Source: Nemertoderma westbladi
Lineage: Eukaryota; Animalia; Xenacoelomorpha
DNA length: 64,000 nt
Direction: 5' to 3'
NCBI GenBank assembly: GCA_032718475.1
Contig: JAUCBJ010006005.1
Coordinates: 1 to 64,000 of the forward strand
Numbering within the stretch: position 1 is the first letter of the stretch; every line of letters begins with the position of its first letter. The translations under genes were made by a program, and so were the position numbers. Under the pieces are notes generated by a model that saw nothing but the letters and a program-made list of their open reading frames with translations, was not told the DNA's origin and did not search any database. Shown here piece after piece: positions 38,330-52,078 of the stretch.

Positions 38330-41300
38330 TCTTGGTAGTGAACAGGCATTCCTTTAGGAAACAGAGTGGAAGGATTTACTGTGGAAGATCAGCCGTGTTG
38401 GTGAACAGTCATTCCTTTACGAAACAGAGTGGACGGGTTTACTATGGAAGATCACCCATGGTGGAGAACAGGCATTCCTTTTAGGAAACATAGTGGAGAC
38501 TGGAGGTGTTTACTGTGGAAGATCACCCATGGTGGTGAACAGGCATTCATTTAGGAAACATAGTGGAGGGGTTTACTGTGGAAGATCACACATGGTGAAC
38601 AGTCATTCCTTTAGGAAACAGAGAAGAAGGGTTTACTGTGGATGATCACCCGTGTTGGTGAACAGTCATACCTTTAGGAAACAGAGTGGAAGGGTTTACT
38701 GTGGAAGATCACCCATGGTGGTGAACAGGAATTTCTTTAGGAAACAGAGTGGAAGGGTTTACTGTGGAAGATCAGCCATGGTGGTGAACAGGAATTTCTT
38801 TAGGAAACAGAGTGGAAGGGTTTACTGTGGAAGATCACCCATGGTGGTGAACAGGCAACATAGAGGAGGGGTTTACTGTGGAAGATCACCCATGGTGGTG
38901 AACACCATTCATTTGGGAAACAGAGTGGACGGATTTACTGTGGAAGATCACAAATGGTGGTGAACATGCATTACTTTAGGAAACAGAGTGGAAGGTTTTA
39001 ATGTGAAATATCACCCATGGTGGTGAACAGTCATTCCTTTAGGAAACAGAGTGGAAGGCTTTACTGTGGAAGATCACCCATGGTGGTGAACAGGAATTTC
39101 TTCAGGAAACAGAGTGGAAGGGTTTACTGTGGAAGATCACCAAGGGTAGTGAACAGGAATTTCTTTAGGAAACATAGTGGAAGGGTTTACTGTGGAAGAC
39201 CACCCATGGTGGTGCACAGATATTCCTTTAGGAAACATAGTGGAAGGGTTTACTGTGGAAGATCACCCACGGTAGTGAACAGGCATTCCTTTAGGAAACA
39301 GAGTGGAATGGTTTACTGTGTAATATCACCCATGGTGGTGAACATATATTCCTTTAGGAAACATAGTGGAAGGGTTTACTGTGGAAGATCACCCACGGTG
39401 GTGAACAGGCATCCCTTTAGGAAACAGAGTGGAATGATTTAGGCTACTGTGGAAGATCACCCATGGTGAAGAACAGGCATTCCTTTTAGGAAACATAGTG
39501 GAGGGGTTTACTGTGGAAGATCACACATGGTGGTGAACATACATTACTTTAGGGAAACAGAGTGGAAGGTTTTACTGTGGAATATCACCCATGGTGGTGA
39601 ACAGGCATTACTTTGGGAACAGAATGGAATGGTTTACTGTGGAAGATCACCCATGGTGGTGAACAGGCATTCCTTTAGGAAACAAAGTGGAAGGGTTTAC
39701 TGTGGAAGATCACCCATGGTGGTGAACAGGCATTACTTTGGTAACATAATGGAATGGTTTACTGTGGAAGATCAACCATGGTGGTGAACAGGCATTCCTT
39801 TAGGAAACAGAGTGGAATGGTTTACAGTGGAAGATCACCCATGGTGGTGAACAGGCATCCCTTTAGGAAACAGAGTGGAATGATTTTGGCTACTGTGGAA
39901 GATCACCCATGGTGAATAACAGGCATTCCTTTTAGGAAACATAGTGGAGGGGTTTACTGTGGAAGATCACCCATGGTGGTGAACAGGCATTCATTTAGGA
40001 AACATAGTGGAGGGGTTTACTGTGGAAGATCACACATGGTGGTGAACATACATTACTTTAGGAAACAGAGTGGAAGGTTTTACTGTGGAATATCACCCAT
40101 GGTGGTGAACAGGCATTACTTTGGGAACAGAATGGAATGGTTTACTGTGGAAGATCACCCATGGTGGTGAACAGGCATTCCTTTAGAAAACAGAGTGGAA
40201 GGGTTTACTGTGGAAGATCACCCATGGTGGTGAACAGGCATTACTTTGGGAACAGAATGGAATGGTTTACTGTGGAAGATCACCCATGGTGGTGAACAGG
40301 CATTCCTTTAGGAAACAGAGTGGAATGGTTTACAGTGGAAGATCACCCATGGTGGTGAACAGGCATTAATTTGAGAACAGAATGGAAGGGTTTACTGTGG
40401 AAGATCACCCATGGTGGTGAACAGGCATTCCTTTAGGAAAACAGAGTGGAAGTGGAAGGGTGTACAGTGGAAGATCACCCATGGTGGTGAATAGGCATTC
40501 CTTTAGGAAACAGAGTGGAAGGGTGTATAGTGGAAGATCACCCATCGTGGTAAATAGGCATTCCTTTAGGGAACAGATTGGAAGGGTTTACTGTGGAAGA
40601 TCACCCATGGTGGTGAACAGGCATTCCTTTGGGAAACAGAGTGGAAGGGTTTACTGCGGAAGATATCACCGATGGTGGTGAACAGGAATTTCTTTAGGAA
40701 ACAGAGTGGAAGGGTTTACTGTGGAAGATCACCAACGGTGGTGAACTGAACAGGCATTACTTTGAGAACATAATGGAAGGGTTTACTGTGGAAAATCACC
40801 CATGGTGGTGAACAGGCTTTCCTTTAGGAAACAGAGTGGAACGGTTTACTGTGGAAGATCACCCACCGTGCTGAACAGGAATTTCTTTAGGAAACAGAGA
40901 GTGGAAGGGTTTATTGTGGAAGATCACCCATGTGGTGATAAACGGGCATTCCTTTAGGAAACAGAGTGGAATGGTTTACTGTGGAAGATCACCCATGGTG
41001 GTGAACAGGCATTACTTTGGGAACAGAATGGAATGGTTTACTGTGGAAGATCACCCATGGTGGTGAACAGGCATTCCTTTAAGAAACAGAGTGGAATGGT
41101 TTACTGTGGAAGATCACCCACGGTGGTGAACAGGAATTTATTTAGGAAACAGAGTGGAAGGGTTTACTGTGGAAGATCACCCATGGTGGTGAACAGGCAT
41201 TACTTTGGGAACAGAATGGAAGGGTTTACTGTTGAAGATCACCCATGGTGGTGTACAGGCATTCCTTTAGGAAACAGAGTGGAATGATTTAGGCTACTGT

Positions 41301-44300
41301 GGAAGATCACCCATGGTGGTGAACGGGAATTTCTTTAGGAAACAGAGTGGAAGGGTTTATTGTGGAAGATCACCCATGGTGGTGAACAGGCATTACTTTG
41401 GGAACAGAATGGAATTGTTTACTGTGGAAGATCACCCATGGTGGTGAACAGGCATTCCTTTAGGAAACAGAGTGGAATGGTTTACTGTGGAAGATCACCC
41501 ACGGTGGTGAACAGGCATTACTTTGGGAACATAATGGAAGGGTTTACTGTGGAAGATCACCCATGGTGGTGAACAGGCATCCCTTTAGGAAACAGAGTGG
41601 AATGGTTTATTGTGTAAGATCATCCATGGTGGTAAACAGGCATTCCTTTAGGAAACAGAGTGGAATGGTTTACTGTGGAAGATCACCCATGGTGGTGAAC
41701 GGTCATTACTTTGGGAACAGAATGGAAGGGTTTACTGTGGAAGATCACCCATGGTGGTGAACAGGCATTCCTTTAGGAAACAGAATGGAATGGTTTATTG
41801 TGGAAGATCATCCATGGTGGTGAACAGGCATTACTTTGAGAACAGAATTGAAGGGTTTACTGTGAAAGATGATCCATGGTGGTGTACAGGCATTCCTTTA
41901 GGAAACAGAGTGGAATGATTTAGGCTACTGGGGAAGATCACCCATGGTGGTGAACAGGAATTTCTTTAGGGAAACAGAGTGGAAGGGTTTATTGTGGAAG
42001 ATCACCTATGGTGGTGAACGGGAATTTCTTTGGGAAACAGAGTGGAAGGGTGTACTATGGAGGATCACCCATGGTGGTGAACGGGAATTTCTTTAGGAAA
42101 CAGAGTGGAAGGGTTTACTGTGGAAGATCACCCACGGTGGTGAACAGGCATTCCTTTAGGAAACAGAGTGGAATGGTTTACTGTGGAATATCACCCATGG
42201 TGGTGAACATATATTCCTTTAGGAAACATAGTGGAAGGGTTTACTGTGGAAGATCACCCACGGTGGTGAACAGGCATTCCTTTAGGAAACAGAGTGGAAT
42301 GATTTAGGCTACTGTGGAAGATCACCCATGGTGAAGAACAGGCGTTCCTTTTAGGAAACATAGTGGAGGGGTTTACTGTGGAAGATCACCCATGGTGGTG
42401 AACAGGCATTCATTTAGGAAACATAGTGGAGGGGTTTACTGTGGAAGATTACCCATGGTGGTGAACATACATTACTTTAGGAAACAGAGTGGAAGGTTTT
42501 ACTGTGGAATATCACCCATGGTGGTGAACAGTCATTCCTTTAGGAAAAAGAGTGGAAGGGTTTACTGTGGAAGATCACCCATGGTGGTGAACATACATTA
42601 CTTTAGGAAACAGAGTGGAAGGTTTTACTGTGGAATATCACCCATGGTGGTGAACAGTCATTCCTTTAGGAAACATAGTGGAGGGGTTTACTGTGGAAGA
42701 TCACACATGGTGGTGAACTGAACATACATTACTTTAGGAAACAGAGTGGAAGGTTTTACTGCGGAATATCACCCATGGTGGTGAACAGTCATTCCTTTAG
42801 GAAAAAGAGTGGAAGGGTTTACTGTGGAAGATCACCCATGGTGGTGAACAGGTATTACTTTGGGAACAGAATGGAATGGTTTACTGTGGAAGATCACCCA
42901 TGGTGGTGAACAGGCATTCCTTTAGGAAACAGAGTGGAATGGTTTACAGTGGAAGATCACCAATGGTGGTGAACAGGGATTACTTTGAGAACAGAATGGA
43001 AGGGTTTACTGTGGAAGATCACCCATGGTGGTGAATAGGCATTCCTTTAGGAAACAGAGTGGAATGGTTTACTGTAGAAGATCACCCATGGTGGTGAACA
43101 GGCATTGCTTTGGGAACAGAATGGAAGGGTTTACTGTGGAAGATCACCCATGGTGGTGAACAGGCATTCCTTTAGGAAAACAGAGTGGAAGTGGAAGGGT
43201 CTACTAACAGTGGAAGATCACCCATGGTGGTGAATAGGCATTCCTTTAGGAAACAGAGTGGAAGGGTGTATAGTGGAAGATCACCCATGGTGGTAAATAG
43301 GCATTCCTTTACGAAACAGATTGGAAGGGTTTACTGTGGAAGATCACCCATGGTGGTGAACAGGCATTCATTTAGGAAACATAGTGGAGGGGTTTACTGT
43401 GGAAGATTACCCATGGTGGTGAACATACATTACTTTAGGAAACAGAGTGGAAGGTTTTACTGTGGAATATCACCCATGGTGGTGAACAGTCATTCCTTTA
43501 GGAAAAAGAGTGGAAGGGTTTACTGTGGAAGATCACCCATGGTGGTGAACATACATTACTTTAGGAAACAGAGTGGAAGGTTTTACTGTGGAATATTACC
43601 CATGGTGGTGAACAGTCATTCCTTTAGGAAACATAGTGGAGGGGTTTACTGTGGAAGATCACACATGGTGGTGAACATACATTACTTTAGGAAACAGAGT
43701 GGAAGGTTTTACTGTGGAATATCACCCATGGTGGTGAACAGTCATTCCTTTAGGAAAAAGAGTGGAAGGGTTTACTGTGGAAGATCACCCATGGTGGTGA
43801 ACAGGTATTACTTTGGGAACAGAATGGAATGGTTTACTGTGGAAGATCACCCATGGTGGTGAACAGGCATTCCTTTAGGAAACAGAGTGGAATGGTTTAC
43901 AGTGGAAGATCACCCATGGTGGTGAACAGGCATTACTTTGAGAACAGAATGGAAGGGTTTACTGTGGAAGATCACCCATGGTGGTGAATAGGCATTCCTT
44001 TAGGAAACAGAGTGGAATGGTTTACTGTAGAAGATCACCCATGGTGGTGAACAGGCATTGCTTTGGGAACAGAATGGAAGGGTTTACTGTGGAAGATCAC
44101 CCATGGTGGTGAACAGGCATTCCTTTAGGAAAACAGAGTGGAAGTGGAAGGGTCTACTAACAGTGGAAGATCACCCATGGTGGTGAATAGGCATTCCTTT
44201 AGGAAACAGAGTGGAAGGGTGTATAGTGGAAGATCACCCATGGTGGTAAATAGGCATTCCTTTACGAAACAGATTGGAAGGGTTTACTGTGGAAGATCAC

Positions 44301-46490
44301 CCATGGTGGTGAACAGGCATTCCTTTTGGAAACAGAGTGGAAGGGTTTACTGTGGAAGATATCACCGATGGTGGTGAACAGGAATTTCTTTAGGAAACAG
44401 AGTGGAAGGGTTTACTGTGGAAGATCACCCATGGTAGTGAAAAGGAATTTCTTTAGGAAACAGAGTGGAAGGGTTTACTGTGGAAGATCACCCATGGTGG
44501 TGAACAGGCATTCCTTTAGGAAACAGAGTGAAATGGTTTACTGTGGAAGATCACCCATGGTGGTGAACAGGCATTACTTTGGGAACAGAATGGAAGGGTT
44601 TACTGTGGAAAATCACCCTCGGTGCTGAACAGGAATTTCTTTAGGAAACAGAGTGGAAGGGTTTATTGTGGAAGATCACCCACGGTGCTGAACAGGAATT
44701 TCTTTAGGAAACAGAGTGGAAGGGTTTATTGTGGAAGATCACCCATGATGATGAACAGGCATTCCTTTAGGAAACAGAGTGGAATGGTTTACTGTGGAAG
44801 ATCACCCATGATGATGAACAGGCATTCCTTAAGGAAACAGAGTGGAATGGTTTACTGTGGAAGATCACCCATGGTGGTGAACAGGCATTACTTTGGGAAC
44901 AGAATGGAATGGTTTACTGTGGAAGATCACCCATGGTGGTGAACACGCATTCCTTTAAGAAACAGAGTGGAATGGTTTACTGTGGAAGATCACCCACGGT
45001 GGTGAACAGGAATTTATTTAGGAAACAGAGTGGAAGGGTTTACTGTGGAAGATCACCCATGGTGGTGAACAGGCATTCCTTTAGGAAACAGAGTGAAATG
45101 GTTTACTGTGGAAGATCACCCATGGTGGTGAACAGGCATTACTTTGGGAACAGAATGGAAGGGTTTACTGTGGAAGATCACCCATGGTGGTGTACAGGCA
45201 TTCCTTTAGGAAACAGAGTGGAATGATTTAGGCTACTGTGGAAGATCACCCATGGTGGTGAACGGGAATTTCTTTAGGAAACAGAGTGGAAGGGTTTATT
45301 GTGGAAGATCACCCATGGTGGTGAACAGGCATTACTTTGGGAAGAGAATGGAATTGTTTACTGTGGAAGATCACCCATGGTGGTGAACAGGCATTCCTTT
45401 AGGAAACAGAGTGGAAGGGTTTACTGTGGAAGATCACCCACGGTGGTGAACAGGAATTTATTTAGGAAACAGAGTGGAAGGGTTTATTGTGGAAGATCAC
45501 CCATGGTGGTAAACAGGCATTCCTTTAGGAAACAGAGTGGAATGGTTTACTGTGGAAGATCACCCATGGTGGTGAACAGGCATTACTTTGGCAACAGAAT
45601 GGAAGGGTTTACTGTGGAAGATCACCCATGGTGGTGAACAGGCATTCCTTTAGGAAACAGAGTGGAATGCTTTACTGTGGAAGATCACCCATGGTGGTGA
45701 ACAGGCATTCCTTTACGAAACAGAGTGGAGGGGTTGACTGTGGAAGATCACCCATGGTGGTGTACAGCCATTCATTTAGGAAACAGAGTGGAATGATTTA
45801 GGCTACTGTGGAAGATCACCCATGGTGGTGAACAGGAATTTCTTTAGGAAACAGAGTGGAAGGGTTTATTGTGGAAGATCACCCATGGTGGTGAACGGGA
45901 ATTTCTTTGGGAAACAGAATGGAAGGGTGTACTGTGGAAGATCACCCATGGTGGTGTACAGCCATTCCTTTAGGAAACAGAGTGGAATGATTTAGGCTAC
46001 TGTGGAAGATCACCCATGGTGGTGAACAGGAATTCCTTTAGGAAACAGAGTGGAATGCTTTACTGTGGAAGATCACTCATGGTGGTGAACAGGCATTACT
46101 TTGAGAACAGAATGGAAGGGTTGACTGTGGAAGATCACCCATGGTGGTGTACAGCCATTCCTTTAGGAAACAGAGTGGAATGATTTAGGCTACTGTGGAA
46201 GATCACCCATGGTGGTGAACAGGAATTTCTTTAGGAAACAGAGTGGAAGGGTTTATTGTGGAAGATCACCCATGGTGGTGAACGGGAATTTCTTTGGGAA
46301 ACAGAATGGAAGGGTGTACTGTGGAAGATAACCCATGGTGGTGAACAGGCATTCCTTTAGGAAACAGAGTGGAAGGGATTGGTTTACGGTGGAAGATCAT
46401 CCATGGTGGTGAACAGGAATTCCTTTAGGAAACAGAGTGGAAGGATTTAATGTGGAAGAGCACCCATGGTGGTGAAAAGGAATTCCTTGG
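38330..46490. repeat. 62/63-bp satellite (GTGGAAGATCACCCATGGTGGTGAACAGGCATTCCTTTAGGAAACAGAGTGGAAGGGTTTACT), about 130 units with higher-order blocks
   Basis: 21-aa periodicity in the spurious ORFs. A diagnostic variant recurs at 43185 and 44138 (953-bp period). Confidence 0.98.
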
Positions 46491-46971
46491 CTCAAGAGCC
46501 TAAAGATTCTCCTATACTTATTCAATATATCGTAAAAATTTTGATATATTAAAAATTGGATGTGAATTATATAGATACAGAGATATAACAATTTACGTGT
46601 GACAGGCCACTGTAAATTGTATTAATTTCCCATTGAATCACAGCTTATTGTGCAATTACAGTAATTCAATTATTCTGGAACATTACTAATTTGCTACCTA
46701 CACTTTACTGCTGTTCTTTTTTATGGCTTGTGTTATGTAAATTTATGCAGAACTTCAATGAATGCGTATGTTCCGTTCGATATGAATCCTTCGCAAAGTA
46801 ATTTTTTATAGACTTTTTGGTCATTAAGAAGTAACAAGGTAATATAGAATCCTAAAATCTGGTTCGGATTGATTGCTATTTACTTTTGGGATTTACGGTA
46901 GATTGACTCGCCAATCAGTTATTTTATAACTTACTTATTCACATACCGGACCGGTATATTCGGGAACTTAC

Positions 46972-47074
46972 TCTCAGATCTTTAAAAGGATGCAGAAGAA
47001 TTCCCAGTGGTAGGCGGGATTTTTTCAATAAACTTTCAGTTTCAGGTAGGGTAGTTAACGTGCAACGAAGAGAG
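46972..47074 (-). CDS. SEC24: SEC24A/B-like exon 4 (SLRCTLTTLPETESLLKKSRLPLGILLHPFKDLR), not in the ORF track
   Basis: Hand translation matches the conserved RCTL...LPLG.LLHPFKDL motif. Acceptor ttttttgcag| and donor |GTAAGT. 103 bp, phase 2/0. Confidence 0.95.
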
Positions 47075-47564
47075 CTGCAAAAAAATATAAGCTTTTACAA
47101 AAATAACGAAATCCGTTAGCCAATGGACTTAGTTAATTCTAAGGGACGGTCAGTTACTAATATACTAAATTATTAACTTACATGTCACTATTAATTTGCA
47201 GAAGCGATAAAATAGCACCCCCCCCCCCCCCCCCCCGCGTTGGTTGGACACCAGGTGTGGCAATCCCTACTTGTTTAGATTTCAAAATCAAAACAATTAG
47301 TTGTGATCAAAGATATGCAGGAACAATGTAATCTCGTCACAGTTAGAAACTAAGATCCAAAGAATTATTTACAATGGACTCCGCCCGCAGAAAAATTCAG
47401 CTTTTAGCTAAATTTGTTTACATTGAAATTGTTGATATTATTAAAGCTCTTATTATTGTTTGACTCTTCTTAGGAAGATTAAATAATGATGTTAGTTGTA
47501 AAGGACTCGGGAGTTCCTGTATAAACTCCGATATATATATATTTATTAATCAAACTCAACTTAC

Positions 47565-47761
47565 TGCGGTTCAACTACGATCTCCTCGTCGGGAACATTT
47601 GCTCTCGGTAGTAGCGGCGTCGGGGGTTCAATAGGAGCCGTCGGAACGATACGGCGGTGCTGCAACAGGTTGATCGGTCGAGAATCGCTGATTGGTTGAT
47701 TACCTTGGACATTTAATCCGGATGAACCAATGGGAGCACCGTTAACTTCAGAATAGTTCGG
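47565..47761 (-). CDS. SEC24: SEC24A/B-like exon 3 (PNYSEV...RPINLLQHRRIVP...IVVEP)
   Basis: Acceptor ttgcag|CCG and donor CA|GTAAGT, phase 0/2. The RPINLLQ motif resembles the Sec24A/B segment just before the core. Confidence 0.88.
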
Positions 47762-48005
47762 CTGCAACGTAATATAGTTAATCATTAATTTGAAAGAGAT
47801 AATAAACAACAAACAACGGCATTACAAAAAAACTTAAGTTAAAAATAACAATGATGAGAGATTTACTTCCTAAAACCAAAGAACTAAGTCTACCAAACAA
47901 AAAATAGTAGTTCGAATACAGCAACAATATTATGTCAATTTGTTGAATAATGGCACCGGAAACTCGCGCAGATATAAATGCACAATAAATAATAGTTTCA
48001 ATAAC

Positions 48006-48332
48006 CTGTTGGGGTAAGGAAGGCCCTGTCATGGCGTAGTTTCCTGTTCGATTCTGAAGATGGGGCGCCTGAGAAGCCATTTGCTTTAGTAATGGCGGCT
48101 GAGTAGGATTAGGGGGAAACTGCGGAGGAGGTTGGTATTGGTTGATGCCAGGTGCTGCTGGGTTTACAGGTAGATAAGGTTGATATTGGCTGAATCCAGG
48201 AGCCGGCGAAGAGTGGTCGGACCCAGGTGCCGGCACATGGTGGCTGAACCCTGGTGCCGGCGCAGGGTGGCTGGATCCAGGTGCCGGTAAAGGGTGATTA
48301 GGTGTACGAGTGTATCTGTGTAATTCTTTGCC
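48006..48332 (-). CDS. SEC24: SEC24A/B-like exon 2 (GKELHRY...PAPG repeats...GPSLPQQ)
   Basis: Acceptor ttttattttaatgcag|GGC and donor CAG|GTTATT. 327 bp, phase 0/0, Pro/Gln-rich. Confidence 0.8.
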
Positions 48333-48742
48333 CTGCATTAAAATAAAAAATAACCCCTTCTTTAGATACCATCTAGAGTTGAAACAGAGACCTGTCACTG
48401 ATCTCTGATATCTGGACTCTCTGGGCTCTTTTTTGGTCTCCGTATAGGTCTCTGGTTCCCGGGTATTGAAAACAAACATTTTACCCAGAGATCAGTGATT
48501 TGACAGAAATAGGTATTTAAAAATAGATCCTGTACAACACAAAATATGAAATTATGATTATTTTTCACAAATTTTTTACAATTAATTATTTCTTTAATTT
48601 TTAACTATTTTTCATACACCACTTCAACATAATTATATATTCACTTTTACACTATTTCTATTTCTAATAAATGTACCGATAATCTTCTATTTAATTAATT
48701 TAAGGTGCGTTTAAATTTAAGTTAAATTAGCACCTAGTAAAG

Positions 48743-51138
48743 GGGTAGGTGTAAAACGCGGATCCGGATACGGATCAGGACCCGGATTTGCGAGTGTAAA
48801 AGGCGGATCCGGATTTACATACAATCCGTAACTGAGTGTAATATGCGGATTCTGAAATACGCAATCCGTATTGCAGTGTAAAACGCGGATTCATATATTT
48901 TGTGAATCCGGAATGGAGTGTAAAACACGGATTTTCGTTAATTACCAAGTTTTGTTGGATCCTGAATGGAGTGTAAAACACGGATTTTCGTTAATTACCA
49001 AGTTTTGTTGGATCCGGAATGCAGTGTAAAACACGGATTTTCGTTAATTACCAAGTTTTATTGGATCCGGAATGGAGTGTAAAACACGGATTTTCGTTAA
49101 TTACCAAGTTTTGTTGGATCCGGAATGGAGTGTAAAACACGGATTTTCGTTAATTACCAAGTTTTGTAGGATCCGGAATGGAGTGTAAAACACGGATTTT
49201 CGTTAATTACCAAGTTCTGTAGGATCCGGAATGGAGTGTAAAACAAGGATTTTCGTTAATTACCAAGTTTTGTTGCATCCGGAATGGAGTGTAAAACACG
49301 GATTTTCGTTAATTACCAAGTTTTGTAAGATCCGGAATGGAGTGTAAAACACGGATTTTCGTTAATTATCAAGTTTTGTTGGATCCGGAATGGAGTGTAA
49401 AACACGGATTTTCGTTAATTACCAAGTTTTATAGGATCCGGAATGGAGTGTAAAACACGGATTTACGTTAATTACCAAGTTTTAATGGATCCGGGAAGGG
49501 GTGTAAAACGCGGATTCAATTTATTTACCAAGTGTTACTGGATCCGGGAAGGGGTTTAAAACACGGATTGATTCAGGTTAATTTCAAAGTGTTTCTGGAT
49601 CCGGGAAGGGGTGTAAAATCCGGATTTACGTTAATTACTGAGTATGTTAATGAGGGGCAAAACTATTAATGAGGGACACAAACATTAATGGGGGACACCT
49701 TAATAGTTAAATAGACACCTTAATAATTTGTCTATGTCTAGAGGCCACACAAAGCTTAATCCGGCTCTGGGGGACACCTTAATAGGGGTCAATGCTTCCC
49801 AATGTAACATTAATAAGGGCGATGGTGATGCTTGGCCGTGAGACATTATTAGATATTGATTAGCTGAAAAACTACTACCGTAGGAACGTGACCTCTCTGG
49901 TAGAGCGGCTCTGTAGACAATTGTAATGTGTCCCACATTAATGTTTGAGTCCTGGCCACTATGGGCTTCCGTACCCCTTATACTAGAGACAGCACAACCT
50001 TATATTAGTATTACCTTATATGGTAGGATTACTGTCCTGTTCCCTGATTGGCTTATCCATCCCAACCTCCCTTACAAACAAGAATCACTGTTCTGCCTAG
50101 CTGGCGGTAGTTTGTACTGCATCATAGCGTAGGCCTACTCTATTTAAGGCCTTACAAGCGTGCTGCCTTTCTAATTTATGGAGGCTGAACTGTTCAGTAT
50201 AATTTCTTATTAAACATGGATGACAGTGATGACTTTGTACAAGTTCCATTTACGGGATTCGTTATTCCGAGTCCAACCAATGATACAGCCATTGTTGAGC
50301 CGCTTGAACTCACTACGCAAACATCGTGCACCCCGAGTCCGGAGAAGAAAAAAAACAGGAAAGTCCGCAAGCCAAGAAAAGTTACTAAAGAACAATAAAC
50401 ATTGTACTAATTAATAATTGTAACTAGATGGGGGTCTGGGTCTTTATTGCATATGCGTTTTACAAATTGTTCATTAAAACTTACTAATTAACTTGAATCC
50501 GCGTTTTACACCCTTTTCCGGATGGAAACTAACTTAAATCCGCGTTTTACACCCCTTCCCGGATCCAATAAAACTTGGTAATTAACGTAAATCCGTGTTT
50601 TACACTCCATTCCGGATCCTACAAAACTTGGTAATTAACGAAAATCCGTGTTTTACACTCCATTCCGGATCCAATAAAACTTGGTAATTAACGAAAATCC
50701 GTGTTTTACACTCCATTCCGGATCCAATAAAACTTGGTAATTAACGTAAATCCGTGTTTTACACTCCATTCCGGATCCAATAAAACTTTGTAATTAACTA
50801 GAAACCGCGTTTTACACCCCTTCCCGGATCCAATAAAACTTTGTAATAAACCTGAATCCGTATTTTACACCCAATCCCAGATTCAGTAGAAATATGAATC
50901 CGCGTTTTACACTCCGTTGAGGATTTAGCCTAAAACATGAATCCGCGCTTTACATTCCTTTCCGGATCTGAAAAAAAGGCCAATCCGCGTTTTACACTAG
51001 GTTACGGATTCGGTAAATTTAGCAGTGCGCGGATCTGCAGATTACACCCTAAAAATGTAAATCCAGTCGACTTCCATAGGGACAATGTTAAATGATAGAA
51101 TCCGGATCCTGACCCGGATCCGCGTTTTACTCTGACCC
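48743..51138. mobile_element. Foldback (Mutator-like) element copy 2, with 53-bp repeat arms and a unique centre of about 0.8 kb
   Basis: Same termini as 12783-16219. 9-bp TSD with one mismatch: CTAGTAAAG (48734-48742) and CTAGCAAAG (51139-51147). Confidence 0.9.
50216..50398 (+). CDS. Candidate 60-aa mini-gene in the foldback centre (acidic N-terminus, Lys/Arg-rich C-terminus)
   Basis: AACATGG start context, upstream ATTGG and TATTTAA, and AATAAA overlapping the stop codon. No homology recognised. Confidence 0.3.
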   Translation: MDDSDDFVQVPFTGFVIPSPTNDTAIVEPLELTTQTSCTPSPEKKKNRKVRKPRKVTKEQ

Positions 51139-52078
51139 CTAGCAAAGAGGGTTCTTATTTAAGGATAAGGGTGCTTAATTTGAGCACTCATAATGTTTAA
51201 AAGTGAAAGAAAGGGCTGTTCTCCATTATAGGATAGATAATATGACGACCAAATGGAGAGAATGAGCGTAACGGTAACGAGGCTTGTAAATGGGGCGAGT
51301 AGAGTACTATACCTGTGCACTAAGTATTTGTAAATGACCAAGTTTATAGTACTGTACATTGAAATGTATATGATTTGAACAATTGTAAAATAAGTGCCTT
51401 TAATTAATAAAGTAGCGACTACCTATGGCGCAAAACTAAATTATGTAACATATTACTAACAATAACAAAATAAGAACGAATTAATTAAGCCCCCCAAACT
51501 GTACGAGCGCTTACAATGAATTGAAATGGGTTGGATTTACTTTACTGCAATTGAACCATAGAAAAATAGTTCTAAGGCCGTATGTACCTGTTTGTGCTAT
51601 ATAGGGGAGTAGGCCTAATCAAATTGCAAGTAGAAAAATAAGCAAAGTTTCTGATCTCCGGCTCTGGTATTTTTTAAAATAATTATCCGGGTAGGGCTCA
51701 GGTTTACCGGGATTAAGAAAAACAGGTATCTGTTTCAACTCTAAACCATACATACATTTTTTTGGTTTACAGTATAATAGCACCGTTTTCATGCTGCAGC
51801 CATCACATAAGCAGCCATCATATGCAGCCATAATATATATAGAGCCCACACACTAACGCTTCTTAATCGAAACATTAGGCCGTCATTTTGTGATTTAGAC
51901 GTGGTTTACGTATTCCTATAAATCAATCCGTCCTAATTAAACTCTAAAGTTTCACTATTAATTTCGTTCGTCCGAATAGCAGCATACAATGGTATACTGG
52001 TAGTCAAATGAGGAGATATTTTATTATATAAACAGATAAATAATTATAAATAGTAGAAAGGTACCAGTTGTAACTCAC

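Noticed and set aside
38330-46490. CRISPR-like array (palindromic repeats) or repeat-protein ORFs
   Set aside because: Monomers abut with no unique spacers, there are no cas genes, and the context is a eukaryotic intron.
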